NCBI GenBank assembly: GCA_951406725.2
Contig: OX597841.1
Location: 11,966,001 to 12,030,000 of the forward strand
Direction of reading: 5' to 3'
Source of the DNA: Octopus vulgaris
Lineage: Eukaryota
DNA: 64,000 nucleotides
Shown here: positions 24,235 to 35,519 of the stretch, piece after piece
Position numbering within the stretch: the first letter of the stretch is position 1
How the letters are laid out: each line of letters opens with the position of its first letter
Position numbers and translations under genes: made by a program
Notes under the pieces: generated by a model
Told to the model about the DNA's origin: nothing
The model's database searches: none
Seen by the model: only the letters and a program-made list of their open reading frames with translations

Positions 24235-24758
24235 TCTATCTATCTCTCTATCCACTCAGTCAAAGTCAACCCTCGGTTACTCATTGGATCAGTGTCCTCC
24301 AGTCAGTTCTATCCTGGGTCGCTTCTTTCAGATTGGCTATGTCCATTCCGGTATCACTCCTGATGGTGTCAAGCCAGCAGGTTCTTGGTCGGCCTCTTCC
24401 TCTCTTGCCACTGACCATTCCGAGCATGATGTCCTTCTCCAGGGATTTTCTCTGCATAATATGACCGAAATATGCCAATCTATGCTTGGTGATCCTAGCT
24501 TCTAGCAACATTTTCGGCCTTATCTGCTTAAGAACTTCTCCATTGGTCGGCCTCTTCCTCTCTTGCCACTGACCATTCCAAGCATGATGTCCTTCTCCAG
24601 GAATTTTCTCCGCATAATATGACCGAAATATGCCAATCTATGCTTGGTGATCCTAGCTTCTAGCAACATTTTCGGCCTGATCTGCTTAAGAACTTCTCCA
24701 TTGGTGAGCCTCGCTGTCCATGGAATCTGTAAAAGTCTTCTCCAACACCAAAGCTCGA
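24235..24758 (-). mobile_element. RTE-clade LINE 3' fragment with internal duplication
   Basis: FELWCWRRLLQIPWTARLTN.EVL...LAYFGHIMRRK.LEKDIMLG...GRGRP; same family as 6626-7185, opposite orientation. Confidence 0.85.
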
Positions 24759-24759
24759 A

Positions 24760-24793
<34 letters not shown>

Positions 24794-24888
24794 ACGGGAA
24801 GCTTTATGAAAATAAACAAAAGACGAAGGCAGGTGGAATACAAACAAACAATTGTATTAGTATGGCGCTCAGGATATAAATAAAACAA

Positions 24889-24927
24889 GTCTTTTACGTT
24901 TCGAGCCTACGCTCTTCAACAGAAAGA
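24889..24927 (-). ncRNA. Hammerhead-like variant, family D, copy 3 (element about 24793-24994)
   Basis: Minus strand UCUUU-CUGUUGAA-GAGC(GUAG)GCUC-GAAAC-GUA-AAAGAC. Confidence 0.5.
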
Positions 24928-25007
24928 TACACAGAAAAGAAACACGGAGAGAAAAAAAATGCGTGCAGAAGCTAGCGAATCAACATGGCGATACATATAT
25001 ATATATG

Positions 25008-25057
<50 letters not shown>

Positions 25058-25440
25058 CATACCTGTGTGCGTATATATATATATATATATATATTTGGAT
25101 AGACACACAACAGGATTCCATTAATAAATTCAGTCATCCATGGGATTGAACAAGAAACAATGTACTTAGGAAGTAAATATGTTCTATAAAACAAACCTAC
25201 ATAAACACACACACACACATTATATACATCCACCAAATGTACCACTCCTTCTCATTCGAGCATTTCAACATATACACACACTCATTGTTCAAGTGTTCCT
25301 GTGCATGTATACACAGAAGACGGACGTTAAAGGATGATGATACAGGCAGTTATGCGGATAAATAAATTAGGTACATCAATAATATCTCTGGATCTCATTT
25401 GTGAACTAAATAATATATATATATATATTGTGTGTGTATA

Positions 25441-26562
25441 GGCGCAGGAGTGGCTGTGTGGTAAGTAGATTGCTTACCAACCACATGGTTCCGGGTTCAG
25501 TCCCACTGCATGGCACCTTGGGCAAATGTCTTCTACTATAGCCTCGGGCCAACCAAAGCCTCGTGAGTGGATTTGGTAGACGGAAACTAAAAGAAGCCTG
25601 TCGTATATATATATGTATAGGCGTAGGAGTGGCTGTGTGGTAAGTAGCTTGTTTACCAACCACATGGTTCCGGGTTCAGTCCCACTGTATGGCACCTTGG
25701 GCAAATGTCTTCTACTATAGCCTCAGGCCAACCAAAGCCTCGTGAGTGGATTTGGTAGACGGAAACTAAAAGAAGCCCGTCGTATATATATATGTATAGG
25801 CACAGGAGTGGCTGTGTGGTAAGTAGATTGTTTACCAACCACATGGTTCCGGGTTCAGTCCCACTGCATGGCACCTTGGGCAAATGTCTTCTACTATAGC
25901 CTCGGGCCAACCAAAGCCTCGTGAGTGGATTTGGTAGACGGAAACTAAAAGAAGCCTGTCATATATATATATGTATAGGCGTAGGAGTGGCTGTGTGGTA
26001 AGTAGCTTGTTTACCAACCACATGGTTCCGGGTTCAGTCCCACTGTATGGCACCTTGGGCAAATGTCTTCTACTATAGCCTCAGGCCAACCAAAGCCTCG
26101 TGAGTGGATTTGGTAGACGGAAACTAAAAGAAGCCCGTCGTATATATATGTATAGGCACAGGAGTGGCTGTGTGGTAAGTAGATTGTTTACCAACCACAT
26201 GGTTCCGGGTTCAGTCCCACTGCATGGCACCTTGGGCAAATGTCTTCTACTATAGCCTCGGGCCAACCAAAGCCTTGTGAGTGGATTTGGCAGACGGAAA
26301 CTGAAAGAAGCCCGTCGTATATATGTATATATATGTATATATATGTATATGTGTGTGTGCGTGTATGTTTGTGTTTGTCCCCTTAGCATCGCTTGACAAC
26401 CGATGCTGGTGTGTTTATGTCCCCGTCACTTAGCGGTTCGGCAAAATAGACCGATAGAATAAGTACTGGGCTTACAAAGAATAAGTCCCGGGCTCGAGTT
26501 GCTCGATTAAAGGCGGTGCTCCAGCATGGCCGCAGTCAAATGACTGAAACAAGTAAAAGAGT
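25441..26562 (+). repeat. Tandem array of five SINE 5' halves (about 179-bp period, 358-bp dimer) ending in a full SINE
   Basis: Heads at about 25441, 25620, 25799, 25978 and 26154; alternate units share diagnostic variants. Confidence 0.9.
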
Positions 26563-26790
26563 ATGTGTGTGTGTGTGTGTGTGTGTGTATCTCCAATCTC
26601 TGAGTCAGATGGAAGTATATGTATGTATATAGACTCACATGTATGTGTGCGTGTATATACTTATAATATACACAGAACAATATAGATTCATACACAGACT
26701 ATGTGTGTGTGTGTGTGCGTCTATATGCATGTATATATATATATATATATATATATTTCTTTTAATTTTTCTAAATTTAATTATTTAATT

Positions 26791-26835
26791 GTTACAGTTG
26801 AAAAGGTCTCAAATGACCGAAACCGGTACTGAAAT
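26791..26835 (+). ncRNA. Minimal type I hammerhead motif with U3-A8 core, family E, copy 2
   Basis: GUUACAG-UUGAAAA-GGUC(UCAAAU)GACC-GAAAC-CG-GUA-CUGAAAU; helix III palindrome ACCGGU; predicted cut after 26828. Confidence 0.7.
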
Positions 26836-26879
26836 GTTCTTTATAAAATTATTTCAGCATTTTCTATCTTGACTTGTGT

Positions 26880-26922
<43 letters not shown>

Positions 26923-27104
26923 TAATAAATAAAATAAAACATATGCATATATATATATACATATATGTACGTACCTACCTCTACATGTACATATACACGC
27001 ATATATGAGTACAGGACACCAAAAGGGACGTCGAACACAATGAGAAACAAAAACATAGACACAAACCAAAGGAACTGGACATTTTTTTAAAAACAACAAA
27101 AGAA

Positions 27105-27150
<46 letters not shown>

Positions 27151-27261
27151 GGTCTCGGGTTGAGTCGGGGTTAACCACAGTAAATAAGGTACTCAATACA
27201 TAGCAGAGTAAATTAATTTATTTTATAGAAGGAGCTTCTACAGGACAAGAACTGTTTCATT

Positions 27262-27320
<59 letters not shown>

Positions 27321-28431
27321 CATACATATCCCTTTTGTTCCCGTTTCCTACTTATCAAATTTCGAGGCTGGAAAAATCCTCCACCAAGACCATCACCGAA
27401 GAAAAATGCCATTTTTTTTTTTTTTTCATTTTGATTCCTCTTCCATACGACTTTCCTTTCCCATGAGGTATGGGACTTCGAAGGATAGTTACTTAAAAAC
27501 TACATGTTTACACGCACACATGTTTGTGAGAGTCTATGGTGTGTTATTAGTATTCAGCGGAAGCAACAGGGTGACCAATGGGCCGAGAGTTTCGTGGGTT
27601 GTCACTTCGTTTTATATAATATATATATATATATATATCAGGAAAGGGGCGGGCGGAGGTAAAGAATACGCACACCATCCGTTTTCGGCGTAACCCCAGC
27701 CCTAATGCTAACTCTGACCCCTAACCCTAAACACCGGGTTTGCGCATTTTTTACCTTCGCAAAGGGGCGATGAGAGGTGCATGATAAAGAATTCGGTACA
27801 AAAGAGGAGGTTCCGTAAAAACAACACCCACCCACCTAAAGTAAAGGATCTCTGTATATTGCAATAACGGGTTTTTCAACTGTCCGATCAACGTCTCCAC
27901 CCCCCAATACATCTCATTATAGCGGAGGTGGCCGAGTGTACCGCAGACATGTGATTGGTTTTTTGACAATAATGTCATCTCAGCGGTGGCTGGATCTTAG
28001 AAACGCAAAGACACCACCGCTCGCCACCAACATATTACGTAGACAGTGCCTCCAACTGCTTGGGTCGAGCCGAGGCCAGAATCGGGAACGAACCCACAAC
28101 CTCAAAACTGTGAACAGCAGTCTTAAACTCTGGACTATGCCTGCGTTCATTTCATTAAAACACAAAACATACATACATACATATATATATATATATACTC
28201 ACACAGAGACATATACATGTTTGTACGTGCGTATAAGCACGTATGTATGCATGTATGTATATATATATAATATATATATATATACTCGATTTATATGGAT
28301 GCCTGTGTCGTAATATCTAGTGTGCACACACACACAAATGCACCGTGAATATAACAAAATATAGGTGTACTTATGAATATGTACATATCTCTCTCTCTCT
28401 ATATATATATATATATACACACATATATATG

Positions 28432-28463
<32 letters not shown>

Positions 28464-28587
28464 TATATACAAATATATATATGTATGTATGTATATTCCC
28501 ACAAACAACTCATATGCAGCCACAAGACTTCAGGTTACATTATATACACCTATCTAAATTAAACACATATATTTAACTCAGTGTGTG

Positions 28588-28631
<44 letters not shown>

Positions 28632-29762
28632 TATTTACATACATACTGACGCAACATCGCTATTACAAAGCAGGATATATATATAAGAAAAACAATATAT
28701 CGACTTTACCTTCAGCAGTATCAGAATATACACATCACCATATCCTTATATACATCTATGTATACATCCGTCACTCTTACTGCAGGCAGTATGTGTATAA
28801 ATATATACACATACCTATCTTTCTATGTATATATTCACCACTGTCGCTTGTATATATTTATACCCAGTCTTTTGGAAGCAGTGTGTGTATATACAAACAT
28901 ATATTCATTTATGTTTGTATATGTATCTGTGTGTGTGTGTCACGCCCAGTTCTTCGTCGTTTAAGGCTGGTTGCAACTAAAATAGTTCACAGATTTAACG
29001 AAAAACGAAATTTTTAACAAAAGAAAATATTTTTTTGGTGCATAGAAAGTAGGTGAAACGAAATGTAGAAAACGATTGATGGGGTTTGTCCACTTTGTTA
29101 ATGTTTGCTCTAAGTGCTAGAAATAGCAACTAAATTTCTCTATCGGATCATACTCTGCTCTTTTCAGTAGAAAGACGGGGAAACAAAAAAAAATTATTGG
29201 TTAGCGTATTCAGACACACACACACACACGCACACGGGATTGCCGGCTGGGAGGTAAATGGAAAGCTACTAATAACAACGAAACGAAGGATGTTGTGACG
29301 AAAAACGAAAGCCTGAACATTTGGAAACAAAAAAAAAAACAAACAAAATTTATTATTACGTTAATAATTATTTGTTTCATTGAATTTTTACGGCAAATTT
29401 AAAACGAAAGACTTCTATATAATTAGTATTAAGAGTGCTTAATTATCAATTAATTGTTAAGTATAGGGTAGGTACAAAAGGGAAAATGTGTGAGAAGAAA
29501 TGATGTGAGACGAAGTGGGCGGGGGGTTGTTATCGATTTTAGTGCACTTCAGTGGTCTTTATTTTACCAAGACCCAACGGGAGGAAAGTAACGTTGACCT
29601 TGACGGTATTCGAACTCCGAACGTAAAGATTTGGAAATAATAATAATAATAATTTTTTCTACTATTGGTACAAGGCCTGGTGCGAGGGAACTAATCGATT
29701 GCGTAGACTGGTATTTAATTTATCGAACCCGAAGGGATGAAAGGCAAAGACGACCTCGACGG

Positions 29763-29794
<32 letters not shown>

Positions 29795-30564
29795 TAATAA
29801 CCATGACAATAAAAAATAATAACAATAATTACCATGACAATAAAAATATTCTACTTGCTAGCAACAAAACGGTTTCGTTTCATTACGTTTCGTTTCCACT
29901 TTGTAACAACCACATTTTGCGATTACGGAAACGTAATGCATTTGTTGTTTAACCCGAGGTCAACCTTTGTGGAACAGATTTATGGTGAAAGGCGCTTTAC
30001 TTGTGATCATCTCGTGTTATTTCTTTACGAATACATTACACAACATATCCTCATATTTCTTCTTTTTTTTTTTCCCTAAAGGTGACAGGCTGTCGGATTT
30101 GAAGGAAATTTAGCTGCTATTTCTAACGCCGTAAACGCCCACATAGCGGGCCTCGTTGCGTCTATATAGTTACAAAATTTGGGAATATTTTTTTTTAGTT
30201 TGTGATGTTAACTTTGGATATTTTCGGTTTGAACGGCAGTTTTTGACATAATTTCTAGGTAACTAAAAAATGTTAAACTTCATATACTGGTAGAATGTGT
30301 TTATAAAACATCTTTTTCTCTTGGCTTTATTGAGAAAATTCTATAGTTTGTAAGATATTTGTTGTGTTTTTTCTTCAATTTCTGCAATTTCAACCAATCA
30401 ATGTCGTCCATTGAGGTAAAAAAGACATTCTGTGCCGTATGAATATGTCCCTCATTTAAGAAACAGATTGGGTTTATTTACATTTGTGAAGAAAAAAAGA
30501 TACCCTTCCCCCCATTAGCTTCTCACCACAAGCCACACCAGCACCATATATATATATATATATA

Positions 30565-31004
30565 TTTACTCTTTTACTTGTTTCAGTCATTTGACTGCGG
30601 CCATGCTGGAGCACCGCCTTTAGTCGAGCAAATCGACCCCAGGACTTATTCTTTGTAAGCCCAGTACTTATTCTATCGGTCTGTTTTGCCGAATCGCTAA
30701 GAGACGGGGACGTAAACACACCAGCATCGGTTGTCAAGCAATGCTAGGGGGACAAACACAGACACACAAACATATACACACACACTTATATATATATATA
30801 TACGACAGGCTTCTTTCAGTTTCCGTCTATATATATATAGGCGCAGGAGTGGCTGTGTGGTAAGTAGCTTGCTAACCAACCACATGGTTCCAGGTTCAGT
30901 CCCACTGTGTGGCATCTTGGGCAAGTGTCTTCTCCTATAGCCCCGGGCCGACCAATGCCTTGTGAGTGGATTTGGTAGACGGAAACTGAAAGAAGCCAGT
31001 CGTA

Positions 31005-31047
<43 letters not shown>

Positions 31048-31225
31048 ATCTGTGTTTGTCCCCCTAGCATTGCTTGAAAACCGATGCTGGTGTGTTTACA
31101 TCCCTGTCACTTAGCGGTTCTGCAAAAGAGACCGATAGAATAAGTACTGGACTTACAAAGAAACTCGACTATAGGCGGTGCTCCAACATGGCCTCAGTCA
31201 AATGACTGAAACAAGTAAAGAGTAA
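30565..31225. mobile_element. Inverted pair of dominant-family SINEs (headless minus copy 30565-30828, full plus copy 30840-31225)
   Basis: Direct sequence comparison. Confidence 0.85.
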
Positions 31226-31339
31226 ATGATGGAGGAGTTACAACTGCCTTTCGTGGTCTGCTACCACAACAGCTCCTTTATAGGATCCAGTTAGCTCAAG
31301 ACATCATCAGGAGGAACCACGTCCGGTTTCAGCCCCTCA

Positions 31340-31640
31340 TCATCATCATTGTTTAACCGTGGTCGAGACAATGGAATTTACCATGCTACGCCAGATTTCA
31401 CGGTCCATCATAGCATTACGGAGGTCCTGTTGCTGGATGCCTGTATCCCTGGAGATTACATCAGGGTAGGAGAGTGTGCACCCTCTGGTATCGCGAGCAG
31501 ATGGCTTCCAGAGGAGAAGAGTAGAAATTGCCTCGTTTTCAGCTCTACAACAATGTCCAGCAAACTGGACTTTCCTACCTTTCACAAGAGATGACACAGG
31601 TGGTAGTTTCCCATATATTTGCATTTTGCTTGGATGGCAC
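31340..31640 (-). mobile_element. LINE 3' fragment (RTE-related)
   Basis: QIYGKLPPVSSLVKGRKVQFAGHCCRAENE...LLLWKP with a (GAT)n tail; inverted relative to 32850-33225. Confidence 0.75.
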
Positions 31641-32849
31641 TACTCCTCTACTGTTTCAACGTGGCGGGCCCCCCATCCCTTTTGGAGGTGTCTTTAGCTC
31701 TGGTGTTGGGTGCATGTCTTCTTTCTTCTGTTCCCTGGCCTCTTCGATGTATCATCAGCGAGTGTCAGCCGGTGACTGACTGTCTTGTCAAATTTCTCCC
31801 TTTAAATACCTGCCGCATAGGCTCCAGCAGGCGGCCCCAGCAAGTTGTCACGTGACACTGTCTCACCTTAACTGACTAGTGAAGGCGCGTAGTTTTAGCC
31901 CGCGCTTTTTCTAAATGACCGTCACCTCCTACAACAGTTACAAGTTGAGGCGCAGAGCCTCTTACCAATCAAATCTCACAAGAGTTCAGCAAATATATTC
32001 AATCGTTCTTTCAACTTGTGGCACTAAGCCTCTTACCAAAAATCGCCAAGTTCAAATTAAGGCACTAAGACCTCTTACTCTACATCCCCAACTAAGAGCC
32101 CCTTGCCACCTGAAGGCAATCCTGCAGTCACAAGTTGTGGGCCCCATAAGTCAAAATGACTGGCCCCTGTACTAGTGGCACATAAAAAGCACTATCTGAA
32201 CACGGCTGATGCCAGTGTCCCCTGATATACCCCTGTGCCAGTGGCACATAAAAAGCACTATCTGAACACGGCTGATGCCAGTGTCCCCTGATATACCCCT
32301 GTACCAGTGACACATAAAAAGCACTATCTGAACACGGTTGATGCCAGTGCCCCCTGATATACCCTTGTGCCAGTGGCAAATCAAAAGCACTATCTGAACA
32401 TGGCCGACGCCAATACCCCCTCACCAGCCCCCGTGCTGGTGGCACATAAAAAGCACTATCTGAAGTGATCGATGCCAGGCCTGCCAGACTGGCTCCTGTA
32501 CAGGTGGCATGTAAAAAGCACCCGCTACCCACTCAAGAGTGGTTGGCATTAGGACGGGCACCCAGCTGTATAAACTCTGCCGGATCAGATTGGAGCCTGG
32601 TGCTGCTGCTGGCTCTCCAGCCCTCAGTCAAACCGTCCAACCCATGCCAGCATGGAAAATAGACATTAATTGATGATGATCATCATCATCATCATCAATT
32701 AATGTCAGGGGTATGACTCTGGAGAAAGCAATTGCAACAAATTCTGCAAAAGAAGTCAGAGACCTGCTTGCAGGCCTTCCCAGTTGGGGTCAGTAGATTA
32801 AATGCCACCCTATTGGGCAGCTTTGAAGCTACTCTGCTTTATTTCTAGG

Positions 32850-33225
32850 TTGACCAAAGCTTGAGAGGCGGTTGGATGGAACCTACACTTGCCTCCTTAT
32901 GAGAGCTCAAAATCTCCCGTGGAAGCATCATCCAACCAAAATGCAAATATATGGGAAACTACCACCTGTGTCATCTCTTGTGAAAGGTAGGAGAGTCCAG
33001 TTTGCTGGACATTGTCGTAGAGCTGAAAACAAGGTAATTTCTACTCTTCTCCTCTGGAAGCCATCTGCTCGCAATACCAGAGGGCGCACACTCTCCTACC
33101 CTGATGTAATCTCCAGGGATACAGGCATCCAGCAACAGGACCTCCGTAATGCTATGATGGACCGTGAAGTCTGGCGTAGCATGGTAAATTCCATTGTCTC
33201 GACCACGGTCGAACAATGATGATGT
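32850..33225 (+). mobile_element. LINE 3' fragment (RTE-related)
   Basis: LERRLDGTYTCLLMRAQNL.WK.HPTK.QIYG.LP...RRVQFAGHC.R...LLLWKP; (GAT)n tail. Confidence 0.78.
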
Positions 33226-33461
33226 GAGTGAACTTCAGAGAAGGAAACTAAAAGAAGCCTATCGTATAATGTAAGGATGCATGCATGTATGTATGTACAC
33301 ATGTGTGTGTGTATGGATGTATGTGTGTGTGTATGGATGTGTGTGTGTATGAGTGTTCCCTTGCTTGAAATCATAAGACAGAGCTGTAAACGAATGCCAC
33401 TGTTATGCAAGCAGTGTTCTTTGTATTCAGTCTTCTGTAGAAAACATGTCCGACCAGGCTG

Positions 33462-33720
33462 GGGGGTGGGGGAATATTTCCTTCTTTGGAAACAGGTGGA
33501 GGTGGGGGAATATTTCCTTATTTGGAAACAGGTGGGGTGGGGGAATATTTCGTTATTTGGAAACAGGCGGGGGTGGGGGATATTTCGTTATTTGGAAACA
33601 GGTGAGGGTGGGGGGAATATTTCCTTATTTGGAAACAGGTGGGGGTGGGGAAATATTTCCATATTTGGAAACAGGTGGGGATGGGGGAATATTTCCTTAT
33701 TTGGAAAACAGGTGGGGTTT
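33462..33720. repeat. G-rich minisatellite of about 32 bp
   Basis: About 8 copies of ggggaatatttccttatttggaaacaggtgggggt. Confidence 0.85.
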
Positions 33721-33916
33721 GGTTTAAAGGAAGGTCAACTTACTCATCTTAGAAAATGCATCTCAGCAAGTTCCGTCCAACCCATGAACGGATAGAAAAG
33801 CAGACGTTAAAATGGTGATGATGATGATGATGAGGAGGAGGAGGAGGATGACAAGAGAAAACAAACAAACAAACATAAAAAAAAAGAAGGCAATTAAAAG
33901 CATTAAAATAAGTTGT

Positions 33917-33922
33917 TTTATT
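33917..33922 (-). promoter_or_regulatory. Candidate polyadenylation signal of PDCD2
   Basis: AATAAA on the minus strand 5 nt after the stop codon, with U-rich sequence downstream. Confidence 0.55.
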
Positions 33923-33927
33923 TCATT

Positions 33928-34089
33928 TCAAGAGCATTTTGAGGAATAGTCCTGTTTCCATAGAAACTCCTGTACATATTTCACCCCAATGTCGCAGCTG
34001 TCAGCACAGGTATACACAGCCAGTGTTCCCCAGTCAAGACTGTCGTCCAAAAGATCAACACCAAGATGGGTCAGCAGTTGTGGCATCAC
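33928..34089 (-). CDS. PDCD2: Programmed cell death protein 2, last exon
   Basis: ttgtag acceptor, 162 nt ending TGA; [32 protein letters not shown]...EFLWKQD, the PDCD2_C signature. Confidence 0.94.
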   Translation of the reverse strand: MMPQLLTHLGVDLLDDSLDWGTLAVYTCADSCDIGVKYVQEFLWKQDYSSKCS

Positions 34090-34150
34090 CTACAAGAGAG
34101 CAAAGAAGACGTAGAGACACACAGACAACATAAGGATGAGCATGTGTGTG

Positions 34151-34203
<53 letters not shown>

Positions 34204-34426
34204 AGCTATATCTATATATATATATATATATATTTGAGTAGTTGAATGAATTATCTTGTTATGGATAATTCGATTAACCGATACCTGGGTAGCAAATTCA
34301 CATCAGAGAAGACACGGTTGAAGTTACGTGCCTAGGGCATAGATTACGTGCTTTCGTGTGGAAATTTGTATGTTTTTTTAAAAAATATAAATGTATGAAA
34401 GAATGGAGTTAAACGACGAATTAACA

Positions 34427-34531
34427 AAATTCCTTTATTTTCGACATATGTTTCGAAGGCTGCATATTCCTAATTGTGAAGGAATAAGGAGTATATTATG
34501 CCGCTTTCTCATCAGGAAAAGCAAGGAACTT
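34427..34531 (-). ncRNA. Type I hammerhead ribozyme motif, family F, left arm
   Basis: Minus strand CUGAUGA (34515-34509), helix II, GAAAC-AUAU-GUC with predicted cut at 34443/34442, helix I UUUUC/GAAAA plus extension. Confidence 0.8.
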
Positions 34532-34620
34532 ATGTCAACATCAAGATGCACAAAAAACTTCGCTATGGGCTCCGTGTGAGCAGTCATCTAAAAGTTTTTT
34601 GTGCATCTTGATGTTGACAT

Positions 34621-34725
34621 AAGTTCCTTGCTTTTCCTGATGAGAAAGCGGCATAATGTACTCCTTATTCCTTCGCAATTAGAAATATGCAGCCTTCGAA
34701 ACATATGTCGAAAATAAAGGAATTT
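34621..34725 (+). ncRNA. Type I hammerhead ribozyme motif, family F, right arm
   Basis: CUGAUGA 34637-34643; helix II GAAAGCGGCAUA/UAUGCAGCCUUC; GAAA 34698-34701; palindrome ACAUAUGU; GUC with predicted cut after 34709; helix I UUUUC/GAAAA plus AAGUUCCUU/AAGGAAUUU. Confidence 0.82.
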
Positions 34726-34762
34726 TGTTAATTCGTCGTTCAACTCCATTCTTTCATATATT

Positions 34763-34813
<51 letters not shown>

Positions 34814-35519
34814 TGTATAAGCCATGTACAAGGATGCTGTCAGTAAGGTGAGAGCTGGCAACAAGTATAGTGAAGAATTCTGGGTAGAGGTTGGGATCCA
34901 CTAATAATCAGTCCTCAGCCCCCTCTTATTCATCATAGTCCTCCAGGCAATAACATTTTTTCGGGCTCGATAAATTAAGTACCAGTGAAAAACTAGAGTC
35001 AATGTAATCGACCAGTCCTCTCTCATCAAATTTCAGACCTTGCACCTCCTGTAGAAAGGATTATTGTTATGCATGGGACACAAAACTCTACATGTGAAGA
35101 CCTGTTGAGGCAAGTGGAAATCAAAATCAAAATCGAAATTGATCAACATCAACGGAAATTGTAGCTGTGATACCAGTGCCGGTGGCACATAAGAGAACCA
35201 TCCGAACGTGGCCGTTGCCAGTGCCGGTGGCATGTAAAAAGCACCATCTGATTGTGGCCGTTTGCCAGCCTCGTCTGGCACCTGTGCCGGTGTCACGTAA
35301 AAAGCACCCACTACACTCACGGAGTGGTTGGTGTTAGGAAGGGCATCCAGCTGTAGAAACACTGCCAGATCAGACTGGGCCTGATGCAGCTTTCTGGCTT
35401 CCCAGACCCCAGTTGAACCGTCCAACCCATGCTAGCATGGAAAGCGGACGCTACACCATGATGATGATGATGATGATGTATGTATACACACACACACACA
35501 CATACATAAGCCAATATCT

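Larger units (their letters stand above)
34385..34767. repeat. 176-bp near-perfect inverted repeat with a 31-bp spacer
   Basis: Arms 34385-34560 and 34592-34767, with only a few mismatches. Confidence 0.95.

Noticed and set aside
28075-28142. tRNA-like sequence on the minus strand
   Set aside because: Only a B-box-like GGTTCGTTCCC and weak stems; more likely a decayed SINE head.
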